Source of the DNA: Candidatus Poribacteria bacterium
GTDB taxonomy: Bacteria > Poribacteria > WGA-4E > WGA-3G
Direction: 5' to 3'
Length of the DNA: 64,000 nt
Assembly (NCBI GenBank): GCA_965205025.1
Contig: CBDBFU010000014.1
Span: forward strand, 96,001-160,000
Part shown: in pieces, positions 41,987 through 53,096 of the stretch
Position numbering within the stretch: the first letter of the stretch is position 1
Layout: each line of letters begins with the position of its first letter
Translations under genes and position numbers: made by a program
The notes under the pieces: model-generated
Told to the model about the DNA's origin: nothing
What the model saw: the letters and a program-made list of their open reading frames with translations, nothing else
Database searches by the model: none

Positions 41987-43327
41987 ATGCCTTCACAACC
42001 AAATGTATTATTTATGATCGCGGATGACCATAGGTGGGATGCCATCGCAGGAATGGGTGATCCGACTGTAAAAACCCCAACAATGGATTCACTCATGGCA
42101 CGAGGGACAACCTTCCGACAAACACACATCATGGGATCACTCGTTGGTGCTGTCTGTGTACCCAGTCGAGCAGCTGTACTCACCAGTGCTAACCTATTCA
42201 GAAGCGGTGGAAACCAGATAAACCCAGATTTAGCTGTGTGGCCACAAACTATGCGCGAATCTGGGTACCATACTTTCTTCAGTGGGAAATGGCACAATGA
42301 CAGAAACACCTTTTACAATAGCTTTGATGATGGTGCAAAGATATTCTTCGGTGGTATGGGTAATCAGTATAAAGTTCCTGTTTTCGATTTTGATGCCACA
42401 GGAAAATATCCAAATGAAAACAAGTATATTGGTGATAAGTTCTCTACAGAACTGTTTACGGAATCAGCTGTCCAATTCCTACAGAACTATGACCAAACGG
42501 ATCCGTTCTTTGTATATCTCTCCTTTACCTCTCCACACGATCCAAGGACACCTCCAGGAGAATACGCAACAATGTACTCTCCTGAAGACATTCCTATACC
42601 AGAGAATTTCTATCCTGAACATCCGTTCGATAATGGAGAAATGAGGATACGAGACGAAGAATTAGCTCCGTTCCCCCGAACTCCAGAAATCGTACAACAG
42701 CACATCGCAGATTACTACGGAATGATTTCAAGTCAAGACGCTGAAATGGGACGGATGATACAAACTCTGGAAGATATCGGTCAATTAGAGAACACAATTG
42801 TTATCTATACCGCTGATCATGGACTGGCAGTGGGACAGCACGGATTATTCGGTAAGCAAAATCTATATAACCACAGCATACGTGTCCCCTCAATTTTCGC
42901 TGGTCCAGGAATTCCTGAAGGACAAATGGTTGACGCACTAACCTATTTATACGACCTATTCCCAACCGTATGCGACCTGACAGATGTAGAATGTCCAAAT
43001 ACTGTTGAAGGAAGTAGTTTGGTACCATTAATGGAGGGGTGTGTTGATACAATTCGTGATTCTGTCTTTGCAGCCTACAAAGACATACATCGCACAGTGA
43101 GTGATGGACGTTGGAAACTGATCCGAAACTATGTCTCTAAGGATAATGGGAAAGGAACAGATATAATCCAACTTTTCGACCTGGAAAATGATCCTTGGGA
43201 AATAAACAACCTCGCTGATCAGTCAGAACATGCTGAACGGATTAAAACGTTAGCTGCTGAAATGAAAAGATGGCAGAACGAAACCGACGATTTCATGAAG
43301 GATGTACCTGTCTTATTGAATGGTTAA
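41987..43327 (+). CDS. Sulfatase (Cys-type, formylglycine-dependent)
   Basis: ADDH, CVPSR, GKWH, PHDP, ADHG. Confidence 0.9.
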   Translation: MPSQPNVLFMIADDHRWDAIAGMGDPTVKTPTMDSLMARGTTFRQTHIMGSLVGAVCVPSRAAVLTSANLFRSGGNQINPDLAVWPQTMRESGYHTFFSGKWHNDRNTFYNSFDDGAKIFFGGMGNQYKVPVFDFDATGKYPNENKYIGDKFSTELFTESAVQFLQNYDQTDPFFVYLSFTSPHDPRTPPGEYATMYSPEDIPIPENFYPEHPFDNGEMRIRDEELAPFPRTPEIVQQHIADYYGMISSQDAEMGRMIQTLEDIGQLENTIVIYTADHGLAVGQHGLFGKQNLYNHSIRVPSIFAGPGIPEGQMVDALTYLYDLFPTVCDLTDVECPNTVEGSSLVPLMEGCVDTIRDSVFAAYKDIHRTVSDGRWKLIRNYVSKDNGKGTDIIQLFDLENDPWEINNLADQSEHAERIKTLAAEMKRWQNETDDFMKDVPVLLNG

Positions 43328-43370
43328 AGGATGTACCTGTCTTATTGAATGGTTAATTGTCTAAAATTAT

Positions 43371-43410
43371 AGGGCAAAGTCGACCTCATCAAATGAGATG
43401 GCTTTGCCCT
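43371..43410. terminator. Hairpin between convergent genes
   Basis: AGGGCAAAGTC...GGCTTTGCCCT. Confidence 0.6.
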
Positions 43411-43434
43411 AATATTCTCAGATTATTCTATCGG

Positions 43435-43728
43435 TTATTGACGAACACTTACTGATCTGCTACTCACTGTAACAGAACCTGCAACTGCCCCTATAAGAAT
43501 ATCAATTACAGAAAGAGAGGTGGTGATTTCATAGTCACTCGCCCCACCTGCCATGGCGTTTGTATCTACTTCGTTGATTGGTACGAGCCCCCATAAGATA
43601 TACCATTGACGCGCTTCTGTAGTGTCATTTCCTTGTGCACCATTACCTACTTTGTGGACATGAGTAGCACAGCCAATAACTAACAACATACAAGCAATCA
43701 TTAGAATTGCAGAGTATCTTTTAAGCAT
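43435..43728 (-). CDS. Bor/Iss-like small lipoprotein
   Basis: Lipobox VIGC; QWYILWGLVP. Confidence 0.65.
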   Translation of the reverse strand: MLKRYSAILMIACMLLVIGCATHVHKVGNGAQGNDTTEARQWYILWGLVPINEVDTNAMAGGASDYEITTSLSVIDILIGAVAGSVTVSSRSVSVRQ

Positions 43729-43763
43729 GATGTTCTCCATCTATTTTTGTTTTTTAGTTATCA

Positions 43764-44390
43764 TTACTTATAACTATCTATAAAGTCAATTGACCCGATT
43801 GATGATTCAATGGCTGACAATTCAGATTTGTATACTTCAATCGGAACGCGATAATCCACCTCAAAAACTAAAGTTTCAGGGGAATCACATATCAGTTTGA
43901 TCAGTACAAAATCTGATGCAATAACCATTAACTGGTGGACACGAAACGCATCCTTCATAAATACCGCTTGCTTAACCTTAGCTTTCGGAAATTGGTTTTG
44001 GTAAGCAATGGTAAGATTCTGTAATAAAGTCTTATCAGGAACAATACCTGTCCAATCTACCTTTGACACAATGCAAACTGCTTTCGAATCCTCATTTAAG
44101 AAGATCCTTCGAGGAACAATTTCTAAACCTTCCATTGGTGACGTGTCTACCGCCTTCACAACTTCCGACACCATTGATTCCTCAACTTTTTTCCACCCTT
44201 TGGGTGATGCTAATCTAATCTTGAGTTCTGTATCTATTAATACAGGTTCAAGCTTTGATTCATCAACATTAAAAACAAGTGTCTCGTAGGTGTTTTTCTT
44301 TACATTAGGTTTATCGCACCCAACAAAACACATAATTGAAATAACGATGATACATTCAAAAAAAATGTATAATACTAATTGATTCTTCAA
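43764..44390 (-). CDS. Hypothetical lipoprotein
   Basis: Lipobox FVGC; 208-aa ORF. Confidence 0.65.
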   Translation of the reverse strand: MKNQLVLYIFFECIIVISIMCFVGCDKPNVKKNTYETLVFNVDESKLEPVLIDTELKIRLASPKGWKKVEESMVSEVVKAVDTSPMEGLEIVPRRIFLNEDSKAVCIVSKVDWTGIVPDKTLLQNLTIAYQNQFPKAKVKQAVFMKDAFRVHQLMVIASDFVLIKLICDSPETLVFEVDYRVPIEVYKSELSAIESSIGSIDFIDSYK

Positions 44391-44669
44391 TATGATAATC
44401 CTTGTTCAGACAATAACGTATAAAAATAATAAAAAGATTACGAGTAATGAAATAAAATTCATTACTCGTAATCTTTTAGGTTAACTACATTTGAGTTAAT
44501 GCAGGATTTTTATACTTACACTATCTCAATCGGTTAGATAAAAAGTCTGTTTCCTCGCCAAAATGACATATATTAATGTCTCACATCCCTCCAAATACCA
44601 TTGACTTTCAACCCTCTATTACGTTAATCTATATAACAAGGAAACCAGCATCTGTAAAGGAATTCACAA

Positions 44670-45197
44670 ATGAAACGATATCACGCAATCGTGAACCGGT
44701 CTACTCTATGGACTATTTCTATTCTTATTCTCAGTTTTGCAATAATTGCACCGGTACAGGCAGCATCACGTACACATACATTTGAAATAACTCTGTTTAT
44801 ATCTGGATTAGGTTTACAGGTCGGTAGCACACTTTTTAACACCTCTGCACAGGAACGGTACGAGGATTATCTTACCGCTACTATTCAAGAGGATATTCAA
44901 ACTAAGAAAGATGCAGCTGCTACTCACCAGAATACAAGTGTTATCATGCGACGGGTTGGATATGGCTGTATAGGTTTAGCTGTTATACTCTCTATTTTCA
45001 AACAGATAGATAATATAGAGACTAACACCGTACCTTCATCTCAGATTCAAGACCAGTTTAAAAAGGGATTATATCTTACAGATTACAAATATAAACCTAC
45101 TCGCTCTCTATTAGATGAATCACCACGATTTAGTTTCCGTCCACACTATGACTTTAAAACACAACGTGCTTCCTTAAGTTTATTTCACAAATTTTAA
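44670..45197 (+). CDS. Hypothetical exported/membrane protein
   Basis: Signal peptide, two hydrophobic segments, terminal Phe. Confidence 0.65.
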   Translation: MKRYHAIVNRSTLWTISILILSFAIIAPVQAASRTHTFEITLFISGLGLQVGSTLFNTSAQERYEDYLTATIQEDIQTKKDAAATHQNTSVIMRRVGYGCIGLAVILSIFKQIDNIETNTVPSSQIQDQFKKGLYLTDYKYKPTRSLLDESPRFSFRPHYDFKTQRASLSLFHKF

Positions 45198-45279
45198 GTT
45201 GTTCTATGACCAATTTCCTGTATGTTGCCTGTATGTTAACTTCCATATCTACTAATCGTTTTTTCACTAAAGGAGTATC

Positions 45280-46425
45280 TTGATGTCCTCGAATGTCAAT
45301 CTCTTTGATAAACACACCAGATATCTTCGGCTATCATACTTTTCTCTTATTAGTATTCCAATATATCTTATGATCCTATTTTATTCTGGATGTACAAATA
45401 CCGAAGATTATGCCAATCCTCTTGACGCAGATAATTTGCGAACTGCAGGATCACCTGACGACTTTAAGCTCTATGCTGGTGATAGACAGGTCCGAGTAAC
45501 TTGGGCAGAAACTGACTCAGAAGGAATCAAATCTTACAAAATATACCGACGTTCAAACAGTAATTCTGATGAACCCTTTGAGTTAGTCGGAACGGTAGAT
45601 GCACCAGCACACGAATTTGTAGATACACAAAATATTCAGAATGACCGGGTAGATTCTCTTGGTCGTATTCTTTCTTATGAATATCGTATATCTTATGTTG
45701 ATGTTAACGGTGTAGAGACACCGGATCCGGACAATCCCCCAAGTCCGACTGATGAACCATTTCGATTCTGGCAATCAGCAACAGTCACACCAAGTGTTCC
45801 ACCACCAGCACCGGTAGTTACAATTGGAACACCAAGTGACCTCACTGTGAAACTCTTTTGGGAAGGATATGAATTTCCAGATGATTTTTCGTTATTTCGA
45901 GTTTACATTGCGAGAGATGATGGGGACGGAAAAACTCCTGCTTTCAGAATTAGTCATGATATTAAACGCGATCAAAATTACTTCTTTGATTTGAGTTTCC
46001 GAAAGGACGGTGAAGCCAAGGTGTATCGTGTCGCTGGAGTTGATAAGTTCGGTGTAGAAGCAATTACTGCTATTAGTGCTACATCACCAAATTTTCCACC
46101 TGCAGCCCCACAAAACTTTAGGGTATTTTATGCAGCACGGTCATTTTTTAATAATAAGTATGATGCTATCATGTCATGGAAAGCAAATACAGAATATGAC
46201 CTTGCCGGTTACCAAATATATTCAAAGGATGTTGAAGGAAACTTAATTCCACGTAGAACATTAAATAAACGTGATAACGGTGTTACTATTTCAGGGGAAG
46301 ACCCACTTGTTATAAATCAACAAGCTGTACTTCGTACATATTTTATTACGGCATTTGATGATACACCGGGTCCTGATGGCAAAAGAGATGAAAGTGAATT
46401 AGTAGAAGCAATATCGCCTCAATAA
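45280..46425 (+). CDS. Fibronectin type III-like repeat lipoprotein
   Basis: YSGC lipobox, NPLD, VRVTW...YKIYR...YEYRI, LAGYQIY. Confidence 0.75.
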   Translation: MMSSNVNLFDKHTRYLRLSYFSLISIPIYLMILFYSGCTNTEDYANPLDADNLRTAGSPDDFKLYAGDRQVRVTWAETDSEGIKSYKIYRRSNSNSDEPFELVGTVDAPAHEFVDTQNIQNDRVDSLGRILSYEYRISYVDVNGVETPDPDNPPSPTDEPFRFWQSATVTPSVPPPAPVVTIGTPSDLTVKLFWEGYEFPDDFSLFRVYIARDDGDGKTPAFRISHDIKRDQNYFFDLSFRKDGEAKVYRVAGVDKFGVEAITAISATSPNFPPAAPQNFRVFYAARSFFNNKYDAIMSWKANTEYDLAGYQIYSKDVEGNLIPRRTLNKRDNGVTISGEDPLVINQQAVLRTYFITAFDDTPGPDGKRDESELVEAISPQ

Positions 46426-46448
46426 TAATTCCAGTCCTTTGAAACTTA

Positions 46449-46707
46449 TACCATTTCTAATTGAAAATGTCTCTTTTTGTACCACAAACTTTATGAGGAT
46501 TAAGAAAATATTTCGGTAATTCTAATTTTCCAAAATCCGGTAGGTGCGGTTTCCTAACCACGGGGAATGCCATAAGGCATTCATACCGTTGATTTGGATC
46601 TTATCTTTAATAATACCGAATTTAAAAATTAATCTTCATCAGTTTGGGACCTGAAAAATGACTACCATAATAACCGCCTAATGAGACAATAATTTATAGA
46701 AATAGTA
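46449..46707 (+). mobile_element. Family A MITE with nested family B MITE (46493-46639) and a nested mini-insert
   Basis: Removing 46493-46639 restores the family A sequence seen at 25147. Confidence 0.85.
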
Positions 46708-46775
46708 TTACCAACAATTTTGCACTCTTACATTAGATAGACAACCACTAACTAACTATCATTAAAGGAAGAAAA

Positions 46776-47723
46776 ATGTCTATTACATACCGAATTCTCT
46801 TTGGTATCCTTATAATATCATTAACTATAACGCCTCCAATTCTGGCTCAAGCACCACCAGCAACGCAACTCACAACAATACAGACTGCTGAACCTATTGG
46901 CAAAGGTGGCTCTACAACATCCTTCAGTTTTTTCCAATATTCTAAAAAAGATGGATTGGCACCAGACCATTCACAAAGTGTTGTAATTGGCGGTTTTGAA
47001 GAACCCCATGAAGTTAACCTTGATATCCAAACTTTCCTTGTACCTATAAGATTTATTTACGGATTAGGTGATAAACTTGACCTGCAACTTGGGGCAACTC
47101 TATCTACTGGTGGTGTACAAAAAGTAGTGAAAAATTTTTACAACGCAGAGGATTCTATTTTAGATGCGAAAGATCGAGTATACGAACAACATATCTATGA
47201 AGGCGTGATTGGTCTAAAATATAATATTAAACCTGAAAAGAATGACGGGTTTCCAAGTATTTCTGTCGGAGGTGATTTCTATTTCGGATTAACTGCTGAT
47301 GATAGACTGAATTCTAATGGGGATTTTCTTGACAGGACTCCAATTGATGGGTTTCCATTTATCGGAGCATACCCATATATTGTTGGCACACATAGGTTTG
47401 GTAGATATTTTAAGGTACATGCTGGGGCAGGAATCTCGCTATCCTCCAAAATGTTGAAAACGACAGATTTTTTTATTGCGAACTGGTTGGCTGGAGGAGA
47501 AGTCGCTGTCTCGGATGACCTGTGGATCGCAGCTGATTTTACTCGTGAACAACAATATGCTGGTATAAATGTCTCGAATATGTTAGGTCTCGCAATGCGG
47601 TATGCTGTTTCAGATAATTTAGCATTTCAAATAGGAATCAATTCACTCCCCGGGATCCACTTTAACCTAACATTAGGTGGTGCACAAGCAGAAGCAACAA
47701 AAGGAGATAAGTTATTATTCTAA
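46776..47723 (+). CDS. Exported protein, probable outer-membrane beta-barrel
   Basis: Signal peptide; alternating amphipathic strands. Confidence 0.6.
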   Translation: MSITYRILFGILIISLTITPPILAQAPPATQLTTIQTAEPIGKGGSTTSFSFFQYSKKDGLAPDHSQSVVIGGFEEPHEVNLDIQTFLVPIRFIYGLGDKLDLQLGATLSTGGVQKVVKNFYNAEDSILDAKDRVYEQHIYEGVIGLKYNIKPEKNDGFPSISVGGDFYFGLTADDRLNSNGDFLDRTPIDGFPFIGAYPYIVGTHRFGRYFKVHAGAGISLSSKMLKTTDFFIANWLAGGEVAVSDDLWIAADFTREQQYAGINVSNMLGLAMRYAVSDNLAFQIGINSLPGIHFNLTLGGAQAEATKGDKLLF

Positions 47724-47766
47724 CTGCTATCTGCATACAACTAATAACTATTATCCATTAACTATC

Positions 47767-48216
47767 ATGAGAGCAGTTATCCAACGCGTAAAATCTGCAA
47801 GTGTCACAGTTGACAATAAACTCGTTTCTGAAATAGGTCCAGGGTTGCTCATCTTTCTCGGTATATCACACAACGATACCAAAACAGATTTAGATTATAC
47901 TGCTAACAAAATTGCCAATCTTCGCATTTTTGAAGATGTAGAAGGTAAAATGAATTGTTCCCTTCTTGATACAGGTGGGGAAGCTTTAGTTGTGTCCCAA
48001 TTCACTCTCTATGGAGATTGCCGAAAAGGACGACGTCCCAGTTTTATTGATGCAGCACGTCCTGATGTAGCAAACGACCTATATGAACAGTTCATCACAA
48101 CATTAAAGCAGATAAACATCCCAACACAGGGCGGCACCTTTCAAGCAATGATGGATGTACAACTCATAAATGACGGTCCTGTAACCATCCTATTAGATAG
48201 TGATAAACAGTTTTGA
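47767..48216 (+). CDS. dtd: D-aminoacyl-tRNA deacylase
   Basis: [19 protein letters not shown]. Confidence 0.95.
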   Translation: MRAVIQRVKSASVTVDNKLVSEIGPGLLIFLGISHNDTKTDLDYTANKIANLRIFEDVEGKMNCSLLDTGGEALVVSQFTLYGDCRKGRRPSFIDAARPDVANDLYEQFITTLKQINIPTQGGTFQAMMDVQLINDGPVTILLDSDKQF

Positions 48217-48603
48217 ATGATTGTGATTTATTAGGAATAGAAAACTGTGTTGAATTATCAACTCTTTCCACGTTCAATTGGAATAATAGACCAAATTCAT
48301 GATGTAATTACCTGTTTTGAAAAAACCTATAATGAAATAAGATCAAATGAACCCGTAACTAATTGTCATCGTTTTAATTGCTGAGAATCTCTAAACTATT
48401 AAATATAAACAGGGAAAAATAAAGATCTTGTTCCAACTAATCCACTTACCACTTCAAGCACTTCGGTGATTTAATATTAACCGATTAATATAGGATTAGA
48501 CTCCGTTCTGTTGTATAGTAAACAGATTATATTGATTGACTCGGTAATGTGAGAATTGACCGACATTATTGGTAAACAACATCTATAGAAGGATGAGAGA
48601 AAT

Positions 48604-49419
48604 ATGGAGAATCATGAATATATAGATACCGTCAAAATGGGTGATTGTATTGAATTGATGACGGATATGCCTAATGATTGGGTTGACCTTGTTATTACTG
48701 ATCCACCTTTTGCTATTGACTTTAAAGCAACTCGGGACAATTACAATCGTAATGGGGATGTTGTCCTTCAAGGTTACAATGAAATAGAGGGACGGGATTA
48801 TCTCACGTTTACACGTAATTGGCTTTCTGAAGCAACAAGGGTGTTAAAAGAATCTGGCAGCATGTACATTTTTTCTGGTTGGAATTACCTAAAAGACCTT
48901 TTAATCGCTATTGATGAATGTGGACTGACAACAGTGAATCACCTGATTTGGAAATATCAGTTTGGTGTTGTGACTAAGCGAAAATACGTAACATCACATT
49001 ATCACTGTTTATACTTGTGTAAGAATGATAAGAAAAGACGATTTTTCCCTTATAATCGTTTTGATAAGGATGCGAAAACTGAGACTGGTGGTTCAGCTCA
49101 TTACAGAGATAAAGAAGATGTATGGGAAATCAAGAGAGAATATTGGAAAGGTGCTATCAAGACACCAACCAAATTACCTGCTGAGCTTGTTGAGAAAATT
49201 CTTGATTATTCAAGTCAAAAAGGGGATATTGTCATGGATCCGTTCTTAGGATCTGGACAGGTTGCAGTAGTTAGTAAAATGAAAGAACGCCATTTCATTG
49301 GTTTTGAAATTGTACCAGAATACTATGAATTTGCTCGGGAACGTGTTGAATCGGGTAAATACTTAATTCATAATACGGACGAAGAACCTATATGGACATT
49401 GTTTAATGAGGATGGATAA
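48604..49419 (+). CDS. Site-specific DNA methyltransferase (N6A/N4C, beta class)
   Basis: DPPF catalytic motif precedes DPFLGSG SAM-binding motif. Confidence 0.9.
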   Translation: MENHEYIDTVKMGDCIELMTDMPNDWVDLVITDPPFAIDFKATRDNYNRNGDVVLQGYNEIEGRDYLTFTRNWLSEATRVLKESGSMYIFSGWNYLKDLLIAIDECGLTTVNHLIWKYQFGVVTKRKYVTSHYHCLYLCKNDKKRRFFPYNRFDKDAKTETGGSAHYRDKEDVWEIKREYWKGAIKTPTKLPAELVEKILDYSSQKGDIVMDPFLGSGQVAVVSKMKERHFIGFEIVPEYYEFARERVESGKYLIHNTDEEPIWTLFNEDG

Positions 49420-49425
49420 TACTTT

Positions 49426-50088
49426 ATGGTAAATAGTAGAATTATCAGTATAGTAGAAGAATTGAATATTTCCAGTAGTAATATTCCAAAAATTTGGGAT
49501 GGGAGAAATGCTATTCTTGAAATGAGAGAAGGAGGTTCTAATCAGTGGAGACAAATGGAATGGATGGGTTTTTATTTTGAATATCTGTGTGAAAAACATT
49601 TTGGACATTTATTAGAAATACCTGGAAAGAAATATGCAAACACGGAATTTGACGCATTTAATCAGGTCTGTTGGGATTTTAAAGCACATGCAGCTAATAC
49701 TACAAGACACGATGTGGTTACAAATGATGTGGAAGCAATAAAAAATGCACTTGAGGAATATGGTTATTATGGGATAATCCTTGCAATTGGTGAAGTAGAA
49801 TATAACGATGAAGAAAGGACATTTAAAAGATGGCATGATGAACTCAAAGAAGGAATTAGTAAATATGAAACAAATAGAATCAATAGAGGGGCAATGTCAA
49901 GACGTCGAAAGACTGAGTTTGTCTTATCAGAAATCCATTTTATTTGTTTAGATCTTGAGACTTTGAATCAGTGTAGCAGTTTATATCATCAAGGCAGAAA
50001 CTCTAATGGCAAGCCGAGACCACCTAAGTATAATGTAAATATCCAGAAAATTCCTGATACAGCATTAATCGCTACTAAAGAATATTAA
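49426..50088 (+). CDS. Putative type II restriction endonuclease
   Basis: Directly after the MTase; GFYFE...FD...WDFK resembles PD-(D/E)xK. Confidence 0.65.
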   Translation: MVNSRIISIVEELNISSSNIPKIWDGRNAILEMREGGSNQWRQMEWMGFYFEYLCEKHFGHLLEIPGKKYANTEFDAFNQVCWDFKAHAANTTRHDVVTNDVEAIKNALEEYGYYGIILAIGEVEYNDEERTFKRWHDELKEGISKYETNRINRGAMSRRRKTEFVLSEIHFICLDLETLNQCSSLYHQGRNSNGKPRPPKYNVNIQKIPDTALIATKEY

Positions 50089-50114
50089 GTACAATTATTC
50101 ATACTGAGCAAACC

Positions 50115-51755
50115 ATGCGTAACAGACCCCCAACTATAGGTGAATACCTACTCAATAAACTGGAAAGTTACAATATTGGACATATCTTCGGTATCCCTGG
50201 TGATTATGTACTTCGCTTCTATAAACTAATTGAAGAAAGTTCAATTCAACACATCGGTATGACACGAGAGGATGCAGCCGGATATGCCGCAGATGCCTAT
50301 GCACGCACAAAAGGTATGGGGGTCGTATGCATCACATACTGTGTCGGTGGATTATCTACTGTGAATGCTATCGCTGGGGCATACGCTGAAAAATCACCAG
50401 TTATAGTCATTAGTGGTGCTCCAGGAATCAATGAACGCGGAAAAGATGCTCTCTTACACCATAAAGTAAAAGATTTTCATACACAACAACGGATCTATGA
50501 TGAAATTACCGTCGCAACAGCACTTCTTGATGAACCCTTTACTGCATTCAATGAAATCGATAATGTCCTTGATGCTGTATTTCACTATAAACGACCAGGA
50601 TATATTGAACTCCCTCGAGATATGGTAGATGTGCGTGGCACACTCTATCGACGGGCATCAACAGGTGGACACATGAGCGACACGGAATCCCTAAACGCTG
50701 CTGTTAAAGATGCTGTAAATTTCATAAATCAAAGTAAGAATCCTGTTATTCTCGCAGGTGTCGAATTACATAGGTTCGGATATCAAGACAAATTACTCAA
50801 AATTGTAGAAGAAAAACAGATAGCGGTTGTTGCAACATTACTCGGTAAATCGGTCATGCCAGAGGCACATCCACTCTACTTAGGTATTTATGAAGGTGCA
50901 ATGGGCAGAAGTGAGATCACAGAATTCGTTGAGAAATCAGATTGTGTAATCATCCTTGGGGCATTTATGACCGATGTTAATCTCGGAATTTATACTGCAA
51001 ACCTTGATCGATCAAGGTCAATTTATGCAACTTCAGAAAAAATCTCTGTACAATACCATAGTTACGACGATGTGATGTTTGAGGATTTCATTGATCTGTT
51101 AAATTCAGACAAATTACGAAAACAGAAGAAACCTAATTTAGGTTGGATTCAACCTGAGTCAAAACCATTTGATGTTAAACCTAAAAAACCGATAACTGTC
51201 GAACGGTTTTTCCAGCATCTAAACACATTTATCACTGAGGAAATGACTGTGATAGCAGATGTGGGTGATAGCCTATTTGGTGCTGCAGAATTACGTATTC
51301 CACAACACACAAATTTCATCAGTCCAGCTTATTACACTTCGATGGGTTTTGCTGTCCCCGCATCCATAGGAGCCCAACTTAGCGTGCAAAATACACGACC
51401 CCTTGTAATCGTGGGAGATGGTGCATTTCAAATGACTGGAACTGAGTTATCTACTACGGTACGGTACGGATTGAATCCTATTGTGTTGATCTTGAATAAT
51501 CAAGGGTACGGTACAGAACGGCATTTACTTGAAGGCACATTTAACGACATAGGATGTTGGAACTATAGTTCATTGCCAACACTCTTTACCGCTGGACATG
51601 GTTTTCATGTTCGAACCGAAGGTGAATTTGATAATGCCATGAAGGCAGCATTGGATGAAACGGAACAATTTATCATTATTGAAGTAGAACTTGAAAAAAT
51701 GGATCGATCCCCTGCTCTGGCTCGATTAGCAGAACGGATGTCAGAGGAGATTTGA
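50115..51755 (+). CDS. ThDP-dependent alpha-keto acid decarboxylase (pyruvate/indolepyruvate decarboxylase family)
   Basis: FGIPGDY, LLHH, GDGAFQM...NNQGY. Confidence 0.9.
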   Translation: MRNRPPTIGEYLLNKLESYNIGHIFGIPGDYVLRFYKLIEESSIQHIGMTREDAAGYAADAYARTKGMGVVCITYCVGGLSTVNAIAGAYAEKSPVIVISGAPGINERGKDALLHHKVKDFHTQQRIYDEITVATALLDEPFTAFNEIDNVLDAVFHYKRPGYIELPRDMVDVRGTLYRRASTGGHMSDTESLNAAVKDAVNFINQSKNPVILAGVELHRFGYQDKLLKIVEEKQIAVVATLLGKSVMPEAHPLYLGIYEGAMGRSEITEFVEKSDCVIILGAFMTDVNLGIYTANLDRSRSIYATSEKISVQYHSYDDVMFEDFIDLLNSDKLRKQKKPNLGWIQPESKPFDVKPKKPITVERFFQHLNTFITEEMTVIADVGDSLFGAAELRIPQHTNFISPAYYTSMGFAVPASIGAQLSVQNTRPLVIVGDGAFQMTGTELSTTVRYGLNPIVLILNNQGYGTERHLLEGTFNDIGCWNYSSLPTLFTAGHGFHVRTEGEFDNAMKAALDETEQFIIIEVELEKMDRSPALARLAERMSEEI

Positions 51756-51976
51756 ATAATACCACCTCTATATCCAGGTTTATTACGTGTGTAAACGATT
51801 TGGAATTCCAGTCCTATAGACCAATTGATTAAACCTCCACTAAAAATACCTTCTATAAACAGTTTTCTATTGCATTATTTTGGTAAATTAGTTATCATTT
51901 ATCCACATAATTCAGATTAACTAATCTGATGAATTATCCCTGAAATAGACATTTTGCCAGTTGACAAGGTCACACA

Positions 51977-52834
51977 ATGGAAAACAATCATAACCAATCA
52001 ACTCCCCTCACCCCCGATCAGTTAGTTCAATGGGAGAACGACGGATACCTATTATTAAAAAATGTTGTGCCGGAATCTATGATAAATGGTGTTCGTGATA
52101 GGTTCGCAATCGTAGTAGACGGGATTATTAATGAATTGAAAGAACAGAATACGATTGATGATGTAGGGGAAAATTTACCTTTTGAAACTCGTTTCTTGGA
52201 TGTTGCAGGTGAACATGCCAATCGGTTTGGCCGTTCATGGCGTGGGCAAATTGCAACATCCGAAATATTCGACCTACACTATGCCAAACCTCTTATTGAT
52301 GCCATCGGTCAACTCACTGGAACTGATGTAATCGGACATCCCGTGTTTAACGCACGTCCAAAATTACCAAAACAACAATTAACAGTAGTTCCATGGCATC
52401 AAGATAGCGGTTATTTTGGTACAATAAGTGAAAACTCATTAATTCCAACTGCCTGGATTCCGCTGGTACCCGTAGACGAAACAAATGGATGTTTGCAGGT
52501 AGTCGCGGGTTCACACACGTTAGGTGTCGTTAGCCACCACACAGAAAATCGGGAAGGCAAGTTTCTTGAAGTGATGGATGAACTCATAGAAGAATCACAG
52601 ATAGTCACATGTTCCATGGATATTGGAGATGCATTGGTTTTCAACAACCTGACTCTACATCGATCCCTACCCCACACAACAAGCGAAATCATTCGTTGGG
52701 CAATCGATATTCGATACCTGCGTGACGGTGACCATCCTGGATCAATCTATTGGAAAGATCCAGACTTTAAGTGGGTTATAAAGAGTCAATCACAACCCCT
52801 TACTTCTCTATCCGAGTGGCTCGAAATGTGGTAA
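51977..52834 (+). CDS. PhyH family dioxygenase
   Basis: PWHQD, NGCLQVVAGSH, LHRS. Confidence 0.9.
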   Translation: MENNHNQSTPLTPDQLVQWENDGYLLLKNVVPESMINGVRDRFAIVVDGIINELKEQNTIDDVGENLPFETRFLDVAGEHANRFGRSWRGQIATSEIFDLHYAKPLIDAIGQLTGTDVIGHPVFNARPKLPKQQLTVVPWHQDSGYFGTISENSLIPTAWIPLVPVDETNGCLQVVAGSHTLGVVSHHTENREGKFLEVMDELIEESQIVTCSMDIGDALVFNNLTLHRSLPHTTSEIIRWAIDIRYLRDGDHPGSIYWKDPDFKWVIKSQSQPLTSLSEWLEMW

Positions 52835-53096
52835 TATAATACATCATGCAATACCATTTCTTTTAACCTATCAAACACCTACATACGTACTTTAATGAGT
52901 ATCGTAGGGAATGAAATGTCTGTAGAAACGACTGAACTTAGAATATCATTTCCACTGCTAATAATGTATTCAAATCAAATAGAATTGGTATTACACACAT
53001 CAATCTATCCTTAATCAAACCCTACCTCAAAAGTCACTTGCTTTCTTATTAGACATTAGGCATAATAATACCATCCACCAACAAAGGAATACATCT

